DNA of 64,000 nt from Eledone cirrhosa (GCA_964016885.1 OZ024747.1:24800001-24864000); one strand, 5' to 3'; shown: positions 12,173-27,061, numbered from the stretch's first letter. Numbers and translations: made by a program. Notes: generated by a model not told the origin, from the sequence alone.

Positions 12173-14276
12173 TACAAGACAGGGAGGAGAAACCGATAGT
12201 AATAAAAATTATCAATCTTACTAGTGCAGAACCAACACCCAACCTTATCAACTTACTCTCCAAAGGTCTTAAATTCACACGACCCCACTACGTCCTAACT
12301 ACTATGAAATGAAGGAAGACATCACAGACTTCTGTAGAAAGTTACGACTCAGTGAACAACTATTCGACCAGTACAATGAGGATGAATCATTAGCCAGAAA
12401 TAGAAGCAATTACACCCCATCAAAAGGTAAAAATAAAATCCTGGACGAATTCTGTGAACACATCACAAACTTCCCTTACCAACACTTGCACAGACAAAAA
12501 CACAAGCCAAAGCTCAACAAGAAAGATTGGGAAGAATTAAATAGATTAAAAACCGACAGAACCATTACAATTAAAGAGGCTGATAAAGGGAGTACAGTAG
12601 TCCTAATGGAGACAGAATTCTATGTCAACTTAGCGCTCTCCACTTTGGAAAACGAAACATACTACGAAAAGGCTGAACACTACAATCAACAGAAAATTAT
12701 GAGAAACCTAAAAACTCTGATCAACCAATACAAAGAAGGACTCACTAACAAGGAATTCAGCTTCATCACAGACTTCACAAGTAAATCCAGCCTTTTCTTC
12801 GGTATCCCTAAAGTACATAAAAGCGAATTAATAAGTAAGGCATGCAAGGAAGCCACAGACATAGTCATCAATGTCCCCTCACCCAATGATCTCAAATTAA
12901 GACCTATAATAGCAGGCCCCGCTTGCGAAACCCACCGCCTTAGCAACTTCATTGATACCCTCCTCAAGCCTTTTCTCAAACACATCAAAAGCTATATAAG
13001 GGACGACCTAGATATGCTCAATCACCTCCCTAATATGCCACTTTCTGAACAAACCCTACTAGTGACGTTCGATGTAGTCAACCTATACTCCAACATCCCC
13101 CACAACCTAGGAATAGAAGCTATCCAATTCTGGCTGGATAATTACCACAATGAACTCCCACAACGCATCAAAAAAGAATTCGTGATAGAGGGACTCAAAT
13201 TTATCTTGGAGAACAATTACTTCGTTTTCAATAACAAACCCTACAGGCAGAAATCTGGGACCGCTATGGGAACGAAAACAGCCCCCACTTATGCCAACCT
13301 AGTCATGGGATACCTGGAAATCACCCTCTACACTAAAGTCCTAAACAAATTTGGAAACACTCTCCACTTACACATAGAAAGGAACTGGAAGCGATATCTA
13401 GATGACTGCTTCATCCTTTGGCACGAAAGCATCGAGAAACTTAAAGAATTTCACACCCTTATAAATGGGCTCAACACGAATATTAACTTCACGATGGAAT
13501 ACAGCCATCAACAACTCCCCTTCCTCGACATCCTCATTAAGATCCATAACAAAAAAATAGAAACAGACATATACTACAAGCCCACAGACTCCAAGCAATA
13601 TCTTCCTTTCAACTCTTGCCACCCTAGACACGTTAAAATTAATATTCCCTACAACTTAGCCAAGAGAATCTGTACTATAGTCTCCAATAAAAACACCTGC
13701 TACTTACGGCTACAAGAACTAAAGGACACACTCATAGGCAGGGACTACCCTGCATCACTAATTGACAATGGAATCCAACGTGCCCTAAAACTACCTAGCC
13801 GTAGGAACACGTGCAACCCAGTAGTTAGTACTAACTGTAATTGTAGGAATCGGGCTGATTGCCCCCTATCCGGGAAATGCCTCTCTAGTAACATTGTCTA
13901 CAAATGTAAGGTTGTAACACCCACGTCCCGTAGGGCCTACATAGGGTTAACCGCCAATAGTTTCAAGCAGCGTCTTTACATGCATACCCATTCTTTTCGC
14001 TACCCTCTAAGAAGGAATATGACGTCACTTTCAGCTTATATCTGGAGTCTAAAAGACAACCACACCCAATATAAGTTACACTGGGAGATCCTAGCTAGGG
14101 CTAGATCGTATAACGGAAATAAAAGACCATGTGACCTCTGTGCCGCTGAGGCCCGGGAAATACTCTACGCCACAGACCACATCTTAAACAAAAAATCTGA
14201 GGCAATTTCGGCTTGTAAACATAAATTGCACAAAACTTTCCTGTATTACAGCCCCACATTATACCCTAACGGATAG
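12133..14276 (+). CDS. PLE reverse transcriptase + GIY-YIG endonuclease (655-aa ORF from 12309; N-terminal motif in an adjacent frame)
   Basis: IINLTS...LLSKGLKF in the frame starting 12133; KEADKGSTVV, FGIPKVHK, LRPIIAG, FDVVNLYSNI, GTAMGT, RYLDD, YYKPTD; then CNC..CPL..CL..VY...YIG. Confidence 0.9.
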
Positions 14277-14757
14277 TACGATCTATACGTGGATATTTTA
14301 CGTCTTGATGTGGGAGCTAAGCATATGTTTTGTTTATACCATTACTTATTTGCATAGCGAACGTTTCCACGAACCAAAGTATCGTCTTCCTGTCTTCCTC
14401 CGGTTACAACGTTTTTTTGAAATATCCAGTTCTGCGTTTACAGATTGACTTTGTTAGTTTCAGAAGATCCCGTTAAGGGTGAAAGCATCGATTCTTTCCT
14501 TAAGTTTAATCTGTTATTTTAATAAATATTTTCTCTACGGTTCTTATATATTTGATATATATTTATCCTTATCGAGCCCTCTTTGGATTTTAGTCTTCAA
14601 ATTTATTATTATTACTATGTATAAATATATATATGTATAAATATATATATGTATATATATGTATAAATATATATATGTATAAATATATATATGTATATAT
14701 ATGTATATATATGTATAAATATATATATGTATAAATATATATATGTATATATATGTA

Positions 14758-15475
14758 TACAAGTTAATATAAATTAATATATATGATAAACACTAATACA
14801 ATCATATAAGTGTTTGTATTGTAAATGACCAAGTTAGCTAGATTGAAAAATACGAATTAGATTAATATAGTTTGCCTGTCTCGATTTAAAATAATAAATC
14901 AATAAAAACAAACCCATATTGGCAATAGCCGTGATACTTGGACAAATTTAAATTTCAAAATCCAAACCTGTTCCGTAGATAAGTTTAAACTTCAAAACCC
15001 AAATAAGTTTCGATAATTAAAAAGGTGAAAAATTCCATCTTCTGTTCTCATCAGCAAGTACCCAGAAAATTGGTATATTTCACCTCAGAATATTTAAGAG
15101 GACTGATCAACGCACATGGTTTTTCAGCGTCTAGCTACCCCATACTCGTGCTGCTAGAAATAACAGCCGTTTATATGGGACTAAAATTAGCTCAACAAAA
15201 GGAGCCGTTATACTATATATATAGAGTTATAAACTCAAACAGTCTTTTACAATTAAATAGCTCAAAGAAAGAAGTATTTCTGAGCCGTGAAATACAAGTT
15301 AATATAAATTAATATATATGATAAACACTAATACAATCATATAAGTGTAGATTGAAAAATACTAATTAGATTAATACAAACTGTATTAATCTAATTAGTA
15401 TTTTTCAATCTAGCTAACTTGGTCATTTACAATACAAACACTTATATGATTGTATTAGTGTTTATCATATATATA
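14758..15475 (-). mobile_element. Non-coding PLE pseudo-LTR-like unit (~535 bp period, partial tandem plus inverted end)
   Basis: 14758-14815 recurs at 15293-15348; 15380-15475 is an inverted copy; the unit contains HHR D. Confidence 0.7.
14933..15062 (-). ncRNA. Type I hammerhead with very long stem III (family D)
   Basis: Minus strand: ggtacttg CTGATGA ga...tc GAAA c[24-bp GU-rich stem]g TC caagtatc; 8-bp stem I; GUC site. Confidence 0.85.
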
Positions 15476-15547
15476 GTATATATATGCATAAATATATATA
15501 TGTATAAATATATATATGTATATATATGTATAAATATATATATGTAT

Positions 15548-16872
15548 AGACAAACATAGAATATTCGAAAATATTCTGTATGTTTATAATAAACATTTCG
15601 AAGACCCAATCGCTATAGAATAGAATACATCATGTATTACAATTTGAGATTCTCGATAAAAGCAAGGGAAGTAACCTACGCGTTTCATTCTTATTAGAAA
15701 TCATCAGGATTACATATCCAGTGCTTTTATCGAGAATGACACAGCTAGAGACTTATAGAATACTTAGCTGTGTACAGGAACTGGTTTGAAAGAGCGGTTG
15801 CCGGTCCGGCAGAAATTAGAATTTGGATATAGCGATTGGGTCTTCGAAATGTTTATTATAAACATACAGAATATTTTCGAATATTCTATGTTTGTCTTCA
15901 CATATATATCGCTATTTCAGAGCATTATATCCAAATTCTAATTTCTGCCGGACCGGCAACCGCTCTTTCAAACCAGTTCCTGTACACAGCTAAGTATTCT
16001 ATAAGTCTCTAGCTGTGTCATTCTCGATAAAAGCACTGGATAAGTAATCCTGATGATTTCTAATAAGAATGAAACGCGTAGGTTACTTCCCTTGCTTTTA
16101 TCGAGAATCTCAAATTGTAATACGTGACGTATTCTATTCTATAGCGATTGGGTCTTCGAAATGTTTATTATAAACATACAGAATATTTTCGAATATTCTA
16201 TGTTTGTCTTCACATATATATCGCTATTTCAGAGCATTATATCCAAATTCTAATTTCTGCCGGACCGGCAACCGCTCTTTCAAACCAGTTCCTGTACACA
16301 GCTAAGTATTCTATAAGTCTCTAGCTGTGTCATTCTCGATAAAAGCACTGGATATGTAATCCTGATGATTTCTAATAAGAATGAAACGCGTAGGATACTT
16401 CCCTTGCTTTTATCGAGAATCTCAAATTGTAATACGTGACGTATTCTATTCTATAGCGATTGGGTCTTCGAAATGTTTATTATAAACATACAGAATATTT
16501 TCGAATATTCTATGTTTGTCTTCACATATATATCGCTATTTCAGAGCATTATATCCAAATTCTAATTTCTGCCGGACCGGCAACCGCTCTTTCAAACCAG
16601 TTCCTGTACACAGCTAAGTATTCTATAAGTCTCTAGCTGTGTCATTCTCGATAAAAGCACTGGATATGTAATCCTGATGATTTCTAATAAGAATGAAACG
16701 CGTAGGTTACTTCCCTTGCTTTTATCGAGAATCTCAAATTGTAATACGTGACGTATTCTATTCTATAGCGATTGGGTCTTCGAAATGTTTATTATAAACA
16801 TACAGAATATTTTCGAATATTCTATGTTTGTCTTCACATATATATCGCTATTTCAGAGCATTATATCCAAAT
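15548..16872 (+). repeat. 312-bp tandem repeat x3.3 (15829, 16141, 16453, 16765) preceded by an inverted copy (15548-15829); retrozyme-like
   Basis: Exact 312-bp spacing of atagcgattgggtcttcg; one HHR per unit; no ORF. Confidence 0.92.
16042..16088 (+). ncRNA. Minimal type I hammerhead, family E (copies 16354-16400, 16666-16712, and ~15669-15713 on minus)
   Basis: aagtaatc CTGATGA t-ttct aata agaa-t GAAA cgcg TA ggttactt, enclosed by a perfect 16-bp stem attctcgataaaagca/tgcttttatcgagaat. Confidence 0.88.
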
Positions 16873-16941
16873 ATATATGTATGTATATATATATATGTAT
16901 AAATATATATATATGTATAAATATATATATGTATAAATATA

Positions 16942-17012
<71 letters not shown>

Positions 17013-17067
17013 AAATATATATATGTATATATATATGTATAAATATATATTTGTATATATATATATG

Positions 17068-17113
<46 letters not shown>

Positions 17114-17225
17114 AAGTATATACTTTCCTTATGCATATTAACGGCTGATACAAATTAGGCTGCTCAGCCGTTAATATGCATAAGGAAAGTATATACTTTC
17201 AGACGTTCAACCATCTGGCAGGAAG

Positions 17226-17344
<119 letters not shown>

Positions 17345-17479
17345 ATATATATATATATACATATACATACATATATATATACATACGTATATATATACAT
17401 GGCAGCGATAATGAGGGACAGAGACCGCTTGACGGAACTCGTCCATGGATCTCGGGAATTTTACCTGCCTTAGAATAGA

Positions 17480-17513
<34 letters not shown>

Positions 17514-18018
17514 GCATATATAAATATGTATATATATATATGTATATATATATATGTATATATGTATATATATATATACACATATATATATGTATATATA
17601 TATGTATATATGTATATATATACACATATATATATATATATATGTATATATGTATATATATATATATGTATATATGTATATATATATATACACATATATA
17701 TATATATGTATATATATGTATATATGTATATATGTATATATATATATATATGTATGTATATATATGTATATATATATATGTATATATATATATGTATATA
17801 TGTAAATATACATGTATATATATATGTATATATGTATATATGTATATATGTATATATATATATGTATATATATATATATGTATATATGTATATATATATA
17901 TATGTATATATGTATATATATATGTAGATATATGTATATATATATGTAGATATATGTATGTATATATATATGTAGATGTATGTATATATATAGATATATG
18001 TATATATATATATGTAGA

Positions 18019-18106
<88 letters not shown>

Positions 18107-18111
18107 TCTAC

Positions 18112-18158
<47 letters not shown>

Positions 18159-18222
18159 TATATATATATATGTATATATATATGTATATGTATATATATA
18201 TATGTATATATATATGTATATA

Positions 18223-18261
<39 letters not shown>

Positions 18262-18312
18262 ATATATATGTTTATGTATGTATATATATGTATATGTATA
18301 TATATATGTATT

Positions 18313-18361
<49 letters not shown>

Positions 18362-18454
18362 ATATATGTATATGTATATATATATGTATATGTATATATA
18401 TATGTATGTATATGTATATATATATGTATATATATGTATATGTGTATGTATATA

Positions 18455-18525
<71 letters not shown>

Positions 18526-18645
18526 ATATATGTAAATGTATATATATGTATATATATGTATATGTATATATATGTATATATATGTATATGTATATATATA
18601 TGTATATATATGTATATATATATGTATATATACATATATATATAA

Positions 18646-18678
<33 letters not shown>

Positions 18679-19101
18679 CATATATATATACATATATATA
18701 TACATATATATATACATATATATATATACATATATCTACATATATATATACATATCTATATACATATATATCTACATATATATATACATATATCTACATA
18801 TATATATACATATATCTACATATATATATACATATATACATATATATATATATACATATATACATATATATATATTATTATACTTGTGGAGGGTCATATT
18901 TGTGTAATATTGCTAGAATTAATAATTCTGGCAATATTACACAAATATGACCCTCCCCAAGTATAACAATATTTGTTTCGACACACGATTTAATATAAAA
19001 AACCTCGCAAAACTAATTGATATATATATATATTTACATATATACATATATATATATACATATATACATATAAATATATACATATACATATATACATATA
19101 A

Positions 19102-19146
<45 letters not shown>

Positions 19147-19203
19147 TGTATATACATATATATATATATACATATATATACATATATATATATATATACA
19201 TAT

Positions 19204-19275
<72 letters not shown>

Positions 19276-19386
19276 ATATATATATAGACATATATACATA
19301 TATCTATGTGTATATATATATATACATATATATATATATGTATATATGTATATGTGTATATACATATATACATATATATATATGTG

Positions 19387-19423
<37 letters not shown>

Positions 19424-19715
19424 GTATATATATATATACATACATATATATGTGTATATATATATATATATACATATATACATATATATATGTGTATATA
19501 TATATATACATATATACATATATATATATGTGTATATATATATATACATATATACATATATATATATGTGTATATATATATATATACATATATACATATA
19601 CATATATATATATACATATATACATATATATATACATATATATATATACATATATATATATACATATATATATATACATATATATATATACATATATATA
19701 TACATATATATATAC

Positions 19716-19748
<33 letters not shown>

Positions 19749-19749
19749 C

Positions 19750-19832
<83 letters not shown>

Positions 19833-19862
19833 CATATACATATATACATATATATATATATA
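17480..19862. repeat. Large interrupted (AT)n arrays with a family-B terminal fragment and palindrome at 18878-19020
   Basis: Direct inspection. Confidence 0.93.
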
Positions 19863-19864
19863 AA

Positions 19865-20650
19865 AGACCCTCATGTATAGATAAGAAATGTATAACCTGT
19901 AAAATAAGCCCCCATATTAACTGTAAAACTAGAAATGTAGTGTATAGCATAAGATGTACTGAAGGACAATGTAGAGACAAAAATATAGTGTACATAGGTG
20001 AGACAGCTCGTAGTGTAGGGGAACGGATAAATGAACACTGGCGAGACCTTCAAGATAGTAAAGAATCATCTGTACTCTACCAACATGCTAAAATAGAACA
20101 CAAGGGTAAATTAGAGAACATAGAAATAAAAATAGAATCTACACACAGAAAAGACGCAATGTTTAGACAAATTACAGAGGCAATAAACATAAAAGAATTA
20201 CAACCAAAATTAAACAGAAAATATGAGTGGAACAGCAACATCACAACTTACAATTAAGGACAAAATGAAAACACACACACACATAGAACAAACAACCAAC
20301 CAGTAACATGGAAATAAACAAATAAATAAATGAACATAAACACACACAAACACCCGGATATGGCGCATGCGCAGACTGGGCACACAACACACACACAGAA
20401 ACAAAATGGCGTAAGACAGAACAAAGGAGAGGTACAGAAACAAAGAAAGGAATCCCCAGTCACTGAAGTGGTCACAGAGTGTGTGACGAGAGAACTATGA
20501 CAATATATAAACACCTATCTGGTTGTGGAACCAACCAACCAACCAGAAATTTATAAATTTATAAATTTATTATAATAATAAATTGAAGTGAAAGCAACTG
20601 GTGCGTGTGTTTCTTATTAGCAACATGACCCTCCCAAAGTATAACAATAT
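19865..20650 (+). mobile_element. 5'-truncated PLE (Nematis-like): GIY-YIG C-terminus (to 20257) plus pseudo-LTR family F with mutated HHR (20458-20501)
   Basis: CITCK...[13 protein letters not shown]...[16 protein letters not shown]...LNRKYEW; closely related to 61447-62913. Confidence 0.88.
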
Positions 20651-20686
20651 ACATATATATATACATATATACATATATATATATAC

Positions 20687-20753
<67 letters not shown>

Positions 20754-20765
20754 CATATATATATA

Positions 20766-20833
<68 letters not shown>

Positions 20834-21182
20834 TATACATATATATACATATATATATATATATACATATATACATATATATACATATATATATATGTAT
20901 ATATATATATATACATATATACATATATATACATATATATATGTGTATATATATATATATACATATATACATATATATACATATATATATATGTGTATAT
21001 ATATATATATACATATATACATATATATACATATATATATATGTGCATATATATATATACATATATACATATATATATACATATATATACATATTTATAT
21101 ATACATATATATATATACATATATATATACATATTTATATATACATATATACATATATATATATACATATATATATATATAC

Positions 21183-21227
<45 letters not shown>

Positions 21228-21856
21228 TATATACATATATATATACATATATATATACATATATATATACATATATATATACATATATATATACATATAT
21301 ATATACATATATATATATACATATATATATATATACATATACATATATATATACATATATATATATATATACATATATATATACATATATATATACATAT
21401 ATATATACATATATATATGTACATATATATATACATATATATATACATATATATATATACATACATATATATATACATATACATATATATATAAATATAT
21501 ATATATACATATATATATATATACATATACATATATATATACATATATATATACATATATATATACATAAATATATATACATATATATATATACATATAT
21601 TCTATTCTAAGGCGGGTAAAATTCCCGAGATCCATGGACGAGTTCTCTCTCTGTCCCTCATTATCGCTGCCATGTATATATATGTATGTATATATATATG
21701 TATGTATATGTATATATATATATATGTATATATATGTATGTATATATGTATATATATATATGTATATATGTATGTATATATGTATGTATACATATGTATG
21801 TATATATGTATGTATATATATGTATATATATGTATATATATGTATATATATATATG

Positions 21857-22463
21857 TCAGGTCACCAGTTGGTGCTACTGGTAACATGTATCCCAGTACA
21901 ACCTGTCTCATGGTCGGGTCGTTGGCGACTAAACTGGCAACCCCACCAAGGTTTCTTGGTGAGGAGGGTGACTTTGGACATCCTGCAGGACTAAAAACAA
22001 AACCTGTCAAAGGGCAAAGGAGCTCTTAAAAGTCAATGGCCATCCAAAATCACCGGGAGAGATGACCCCTTAGCCTTTGTCAAGGCAGAATTCTAGGAGA
22101 AGGAAAACTCTGATATAACACCTGCAACCCTGATGGTATCCAATGATGTTGACTTGTTCTTCTTTTTGGTAAATATCATCTTGGTTAAGAAAGTGGGACT
22201 GGCTTTGTGCAGTGCCTTTGCTCACTATAAAAGCTTCACGGCACAGGCATTGCTTTGTATCTGGAGATCTCTCTGCACTTGTCCTCACATGGTACCATGG
22301 GCCCAGCACTATGTGTCAATAATTGTCACAGGTGTAGTGTTTGTACCAGAGTTTTCAAGTCGCTGGCTGGACTAAAAAGTCACACTCGTTCAGCGCTTCG
22401 GTAGGGGTTCTCCTACATGGATATAAGGTAGTGGCCGTACTCGAAAACGAGTTGGCAGCCACC
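21857..22463 (+). mobile_element. Non-autonomous RTE-related element/SINE (5'-truncated second copy at 44625-44927)
   Basis: RTE-5'UTR-like motif ctaggagaaggaaaactctgat (22093-22114); both copies end in the same hairpin ...ggcagccacc followed by (AT)n. Confidence 0.6.
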
Positions 22464-22504
22464 ATATATATATGTATATGTATATATATATATGTATATA
22501 TATG

Positions 22505-22549
<45 letters not shown>

Positions 22550-22550
22550 G

Positions 22551-22616
<66 letters not shown>

Positions 22617-22750
22617 AGAAAATAAATTTGTTGAAAGCACAAGTGAAGCCATTTTTTCTTCCCCACTGTCTTAATATACATATATATATATATATACATA
22701 TATATATATCTATATATATGTATATATATATATGTATATATATGTATATA

Positions 22751-22890
<140 letters not shown>

Positions 22891-22896
22891 CATATG

Positions 22897-22933
<37 letters not shown>

Positions 22934-22936
22934 GTA

Positions 22937-24241
22937 TATTAAGACAGTGGGGAAGAAAAAATGGCTTCACTTGTGCTTTCAACAAATTTATTTTTTTCAC
23001 AAAATCCCAAAAGAATTTTTTCCGGATTAGAAAAAATTTTTTTCTTTTTCTTAAAAAAAAATTATTTTATAAATTAAGTTAGGTCTTAGGAGTTCTTGGT
23101 TAACGTAGGAGGTATTGTTTCGTTTTTAGAACGACATATCCTCATCATTAAAAAGGGGAAAATATCATAACGGACCTATTTTGCAAACCCACTGACACAC
23201 ACCAATACTTAAATTTCCGTCAGCACACCCCTCACATACGAAAAGGAACATTCCCTTCAACATGGCAAGGCGCATCTGCACTATAGCAACACACCCCGTA
23301 CTACAAGAAAAAAGATTATGTGACCTGAAAAAATTCCTTAAAAAACAAGAATACCCGATGAAACTCATCAACGCAGCCATCTCCAAGGCTAAGAACATCC
23401 CAATAACAACACTGAGAAAACCAAACCCACAACATAAAAAAGAAAACCCTGCTATCTCTTTTGTCATCACTCACAATCCAGGGAACATCAACATTGTGAA
23501 AACTGCTCAGCAGTATCTCCCGATTCTACAGCAATCTACCAAAATGAATGCACTCTTAAAAAACACAGATAATTGATAGCAGACGCCAAGCACCCAACCT
23601 TAAAAAACTAATTACCAAGGCAAAATTTACGACCAACATGGAATCAATGCAAGTGACGAAATGCGGGGACCCTAGATGTGGAACCTGTGAACTCATCGAA
23701 GAGGGCAAACAGTTGTCCTTCAAAAACCATGATAATTTCAAGGTCAATGCAAACATGAACTGCAAAACGAAAAACCTAATATATTGCGCAACATGTCCAC
23801 AGTGTAAAGAGTATTACATTGGGGAAACCGGAACGGGATTACATGATAGAGTCCGGGTACATAAACAACAAATTAAAGACCCCACAGTCAGAAATACCAC
23901 ATATAGCACACATTTTGCATAATGCGGGAAGTGAAAATTCACAATCTTCCCTTTCTTCAAGATATGGTCGGATAACGAACATTTCCGCAGATATAAAGAA
24001 GAATTCTTCATTGAAAAATTTAAACCACTACTGAACACGAAAAAATGAATTAACACTCGGAGGTAAAATTCCATTTCACTACCCCCACCCCTCTTCTTAT
24101 GTGTACACATGAATATCTGAGTGAACGGTGAGACACACACATATATGTGTGTAGGTATGTATGGATGTATGTACGTGTGGGTATATATGTATGTGGGTGT
24201 GTGTATGTGTATGTGTGTATATATATGTATGGATGTGTGTA

Positions 24242-24286
<45 letters not shown>

Positions 24287-24339
24287 ATGTGTGTATATAT
24301 ATGTATATATATATATATGTATGTATGTGTATGTTTGTG

Positions 24340-24387
<48 letters not shown>

Positions 24388-24552
24388 TATATAGATATAT
24401 GTTTAAATGTGTGTGTGTATGTATATGTATGTCTCTATATATATGTGTGTGTTTGTATGTATGTGCATATATGTATATATGTGTGTATATATATATGTAT
24501 ATATATATATATATATATGTATGTATATATGTGTCTTTATGTGCTTGTGTGT

Positions 24553-24598
<46 letters not shown>

Positions 24599-24619
24599 AT
24601 GTATGTGTGTGTATGTATA

Positions 24620-24660
<41 letters not shown>

Positions 24661-24727
24661 ATGTATATGTATGTGTGTATATATGTATGTGTGTATGTAT
24701 GTACTTGTATGTGTATGTGTATGTATG

Positions 24728-24766
<39 letters not shown>

Positions 24767-24863
24767 ATATATATATGGATATATGTATATGTGTATATGT
24801 ATGTATATGTGTGTATGTGTCTGTATGTGTTTATGTGTACATATATGTATGTATATATGTATG

Positions 24864-24954
<91 letters not shown>

Positions 24955-25923
24955 ATGCCTCTCTCTCTATATATATATGTATATATATGTATGTGTGTGT
25001 GTGTGTATGCATGTATGTGTGAACGGAGGTATATATACGGACATATGTATATGTGTGTGTGTGTGTGTACACGTGTGTGTGTGTGTGTGTGTGTATGTGT
25101 GCGTGTATGGGTATATATGTATATTTAGTTATGTATCTTTATTTATGTATATGTATGTATGTATATATATATATACCCATGTGGAGGTATGAGTACATAT
25201 TCGTGTGTGTACGTATGTGTATATGTGTTTTTATATGCGTTTTTATATGTTTTTGTGTATGTATGTGGATGTATATGTACATGGGTGTGTGATTGATGGT
25301 ATGTGCCTATATATTCCTACATATACCCGTGTGTGTATGTACGTATATACGCACATATATGTGTGTGTTGAACAAAGGACTAATTTTGGGATGGATGTAG
25401 AAAAATTCTTCAGAAAAAAATAATTGTTTACAAACTTGGCAGGTGCGATTTGCCTGTGACCATTCTTAACACAAAGGAATCTCCTGAATAAAGGAATTTT
25501 TCGAGAATGACCGGGGCAGGCCGCACTTGCTACATTTCTCCCCACCTAACCCTACTAACCGTTTCAACTCATTACTGCTATTAACACTTTTTCAACACAC
25601 CTACACCCATACACTTATTAAAAGGGGGGAAAAAAACCCACCACACCACAGACATGTTAAATCCCTATATATAGAACAACACACCACATACACATCAGTT
25701 TGACAAGCGCACCTCAGCGTGAAAGGTCGTTCTAAAAACGAAACAATACCTCCTACGTTAACCAAGAACTCCTAAGACCTAACTAAATTTATAAAATAAT
25801 TTTTTTTTAAGAAAAAAAGAATTTTTTTCTAATCCGGAAAAAAATTCTTTTGGGATTTTGTGAAGAAAATAAATTTGTTGAAAGCACAAGTGAAGCCATT
25901 TTTTCTTCCCCCCTGTCTTAATA
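22937..25923 (+). mobile_element. 5'-truncated Neptune-type PLE: inverted pseudo-LTR piece (22937-23136), decayed RT thumb + GIY-YIG (23160-24048), microsatellite-rich 3' UTR, pseudo-LTR
   Basis: KPTDTHQYL..SAHP..NIPFNMARRICTI; CGDPRCGTC..NCKTKNLIYCATCPQC..YIGETG; 22937-23136 is the reverse complement of 25725-25923. Confidence 0.85.
25697..25784 (+). ncRNA. Variant type I hammerhead, family G (UUGACAA core, extended stem III)
   Basis: agt TTGACAA gcgc acctca gcgt GAAA ggtc[gttct..aacg..cgtt..agaac]gacc TA act; stem I is only 3 bp. Confidence 0.65.
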
Positions 25924-25957
25924 TACCTAACTGTACCAAGGATTACACACATTTTCC

Positions 25958-25969
25958 AATATATATAAG

Positions 25970-26004
<35 letters not shown>

Positions 26005-26005
26005 G

Positions 26006-26037
<32 letters not shown>

Positions 26038-26055
26038 TATGTGTATATATATATG

Positions 26056-26134
<79 letters not shown>

Positions 26135-26135
26135 G

Positions 26136-26184
<49 letters not shown>

Positions 26185-26185
26185 G

Positions 26186-26240
<55 letters not shown>

Positions 26241-26259
26241 GTATATATATATGTATATG

Positions 26260-26304
<45 letters not shown>

Positions 26305-26305
26305 G

Positions 26306-26352
<47 letters not shown>

Positions 26353-26383
26353 GTATATATATATGTACATATATATATATATG

Positions 26384-26417
<34 letters not shown>

Positions 26418-26801
26418 TATGTATGTATATATGTATGTGTATATATATATATGTATATATATATATGTATATATATATATGTATATATATATATGTATAT
26501 ATATATGTATATATATATGTATATATATATATGTATATATATATGTATATATATATATGTATATATATATGTATATATATATATGTATATATATATGTAT
26601 ATATATATGTATATATATATATGTATATATATATATATGTATATATATATGTATATATATATATATGTATATATATATGTATATATACATGTATATATAT
26701 ATATGTATATATATATGTATATATATATATGTATATGTATGTATATATATATGTATATATATATATGTATATATATATATATGTATATGTATATATATAT
26801 G

Positions 26802-26834
<33 letters not shown>

Positions 26835-26937
26835 CTATGTATATATATATGTATATATATGTATATATATATATATCTATGTATATATATATGTATATAT
26901 ATGTATATATATGTATATATATATATGTATATATATG

Positions 26938-26972
<35 letters not shown>

Positions 26973-27061
26973 GTATATATGTATATACATATATATATGT
27001 ATATATATGTATATATATATATCTATATATATGTATATATATATATGTATATATATATATG

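Noticed and set aside
15829-16872. CRISPR-like array
   Set aside because: Whole 312-bp units repeat with no unique spacers, no cas genes, and a eukaryotic context.
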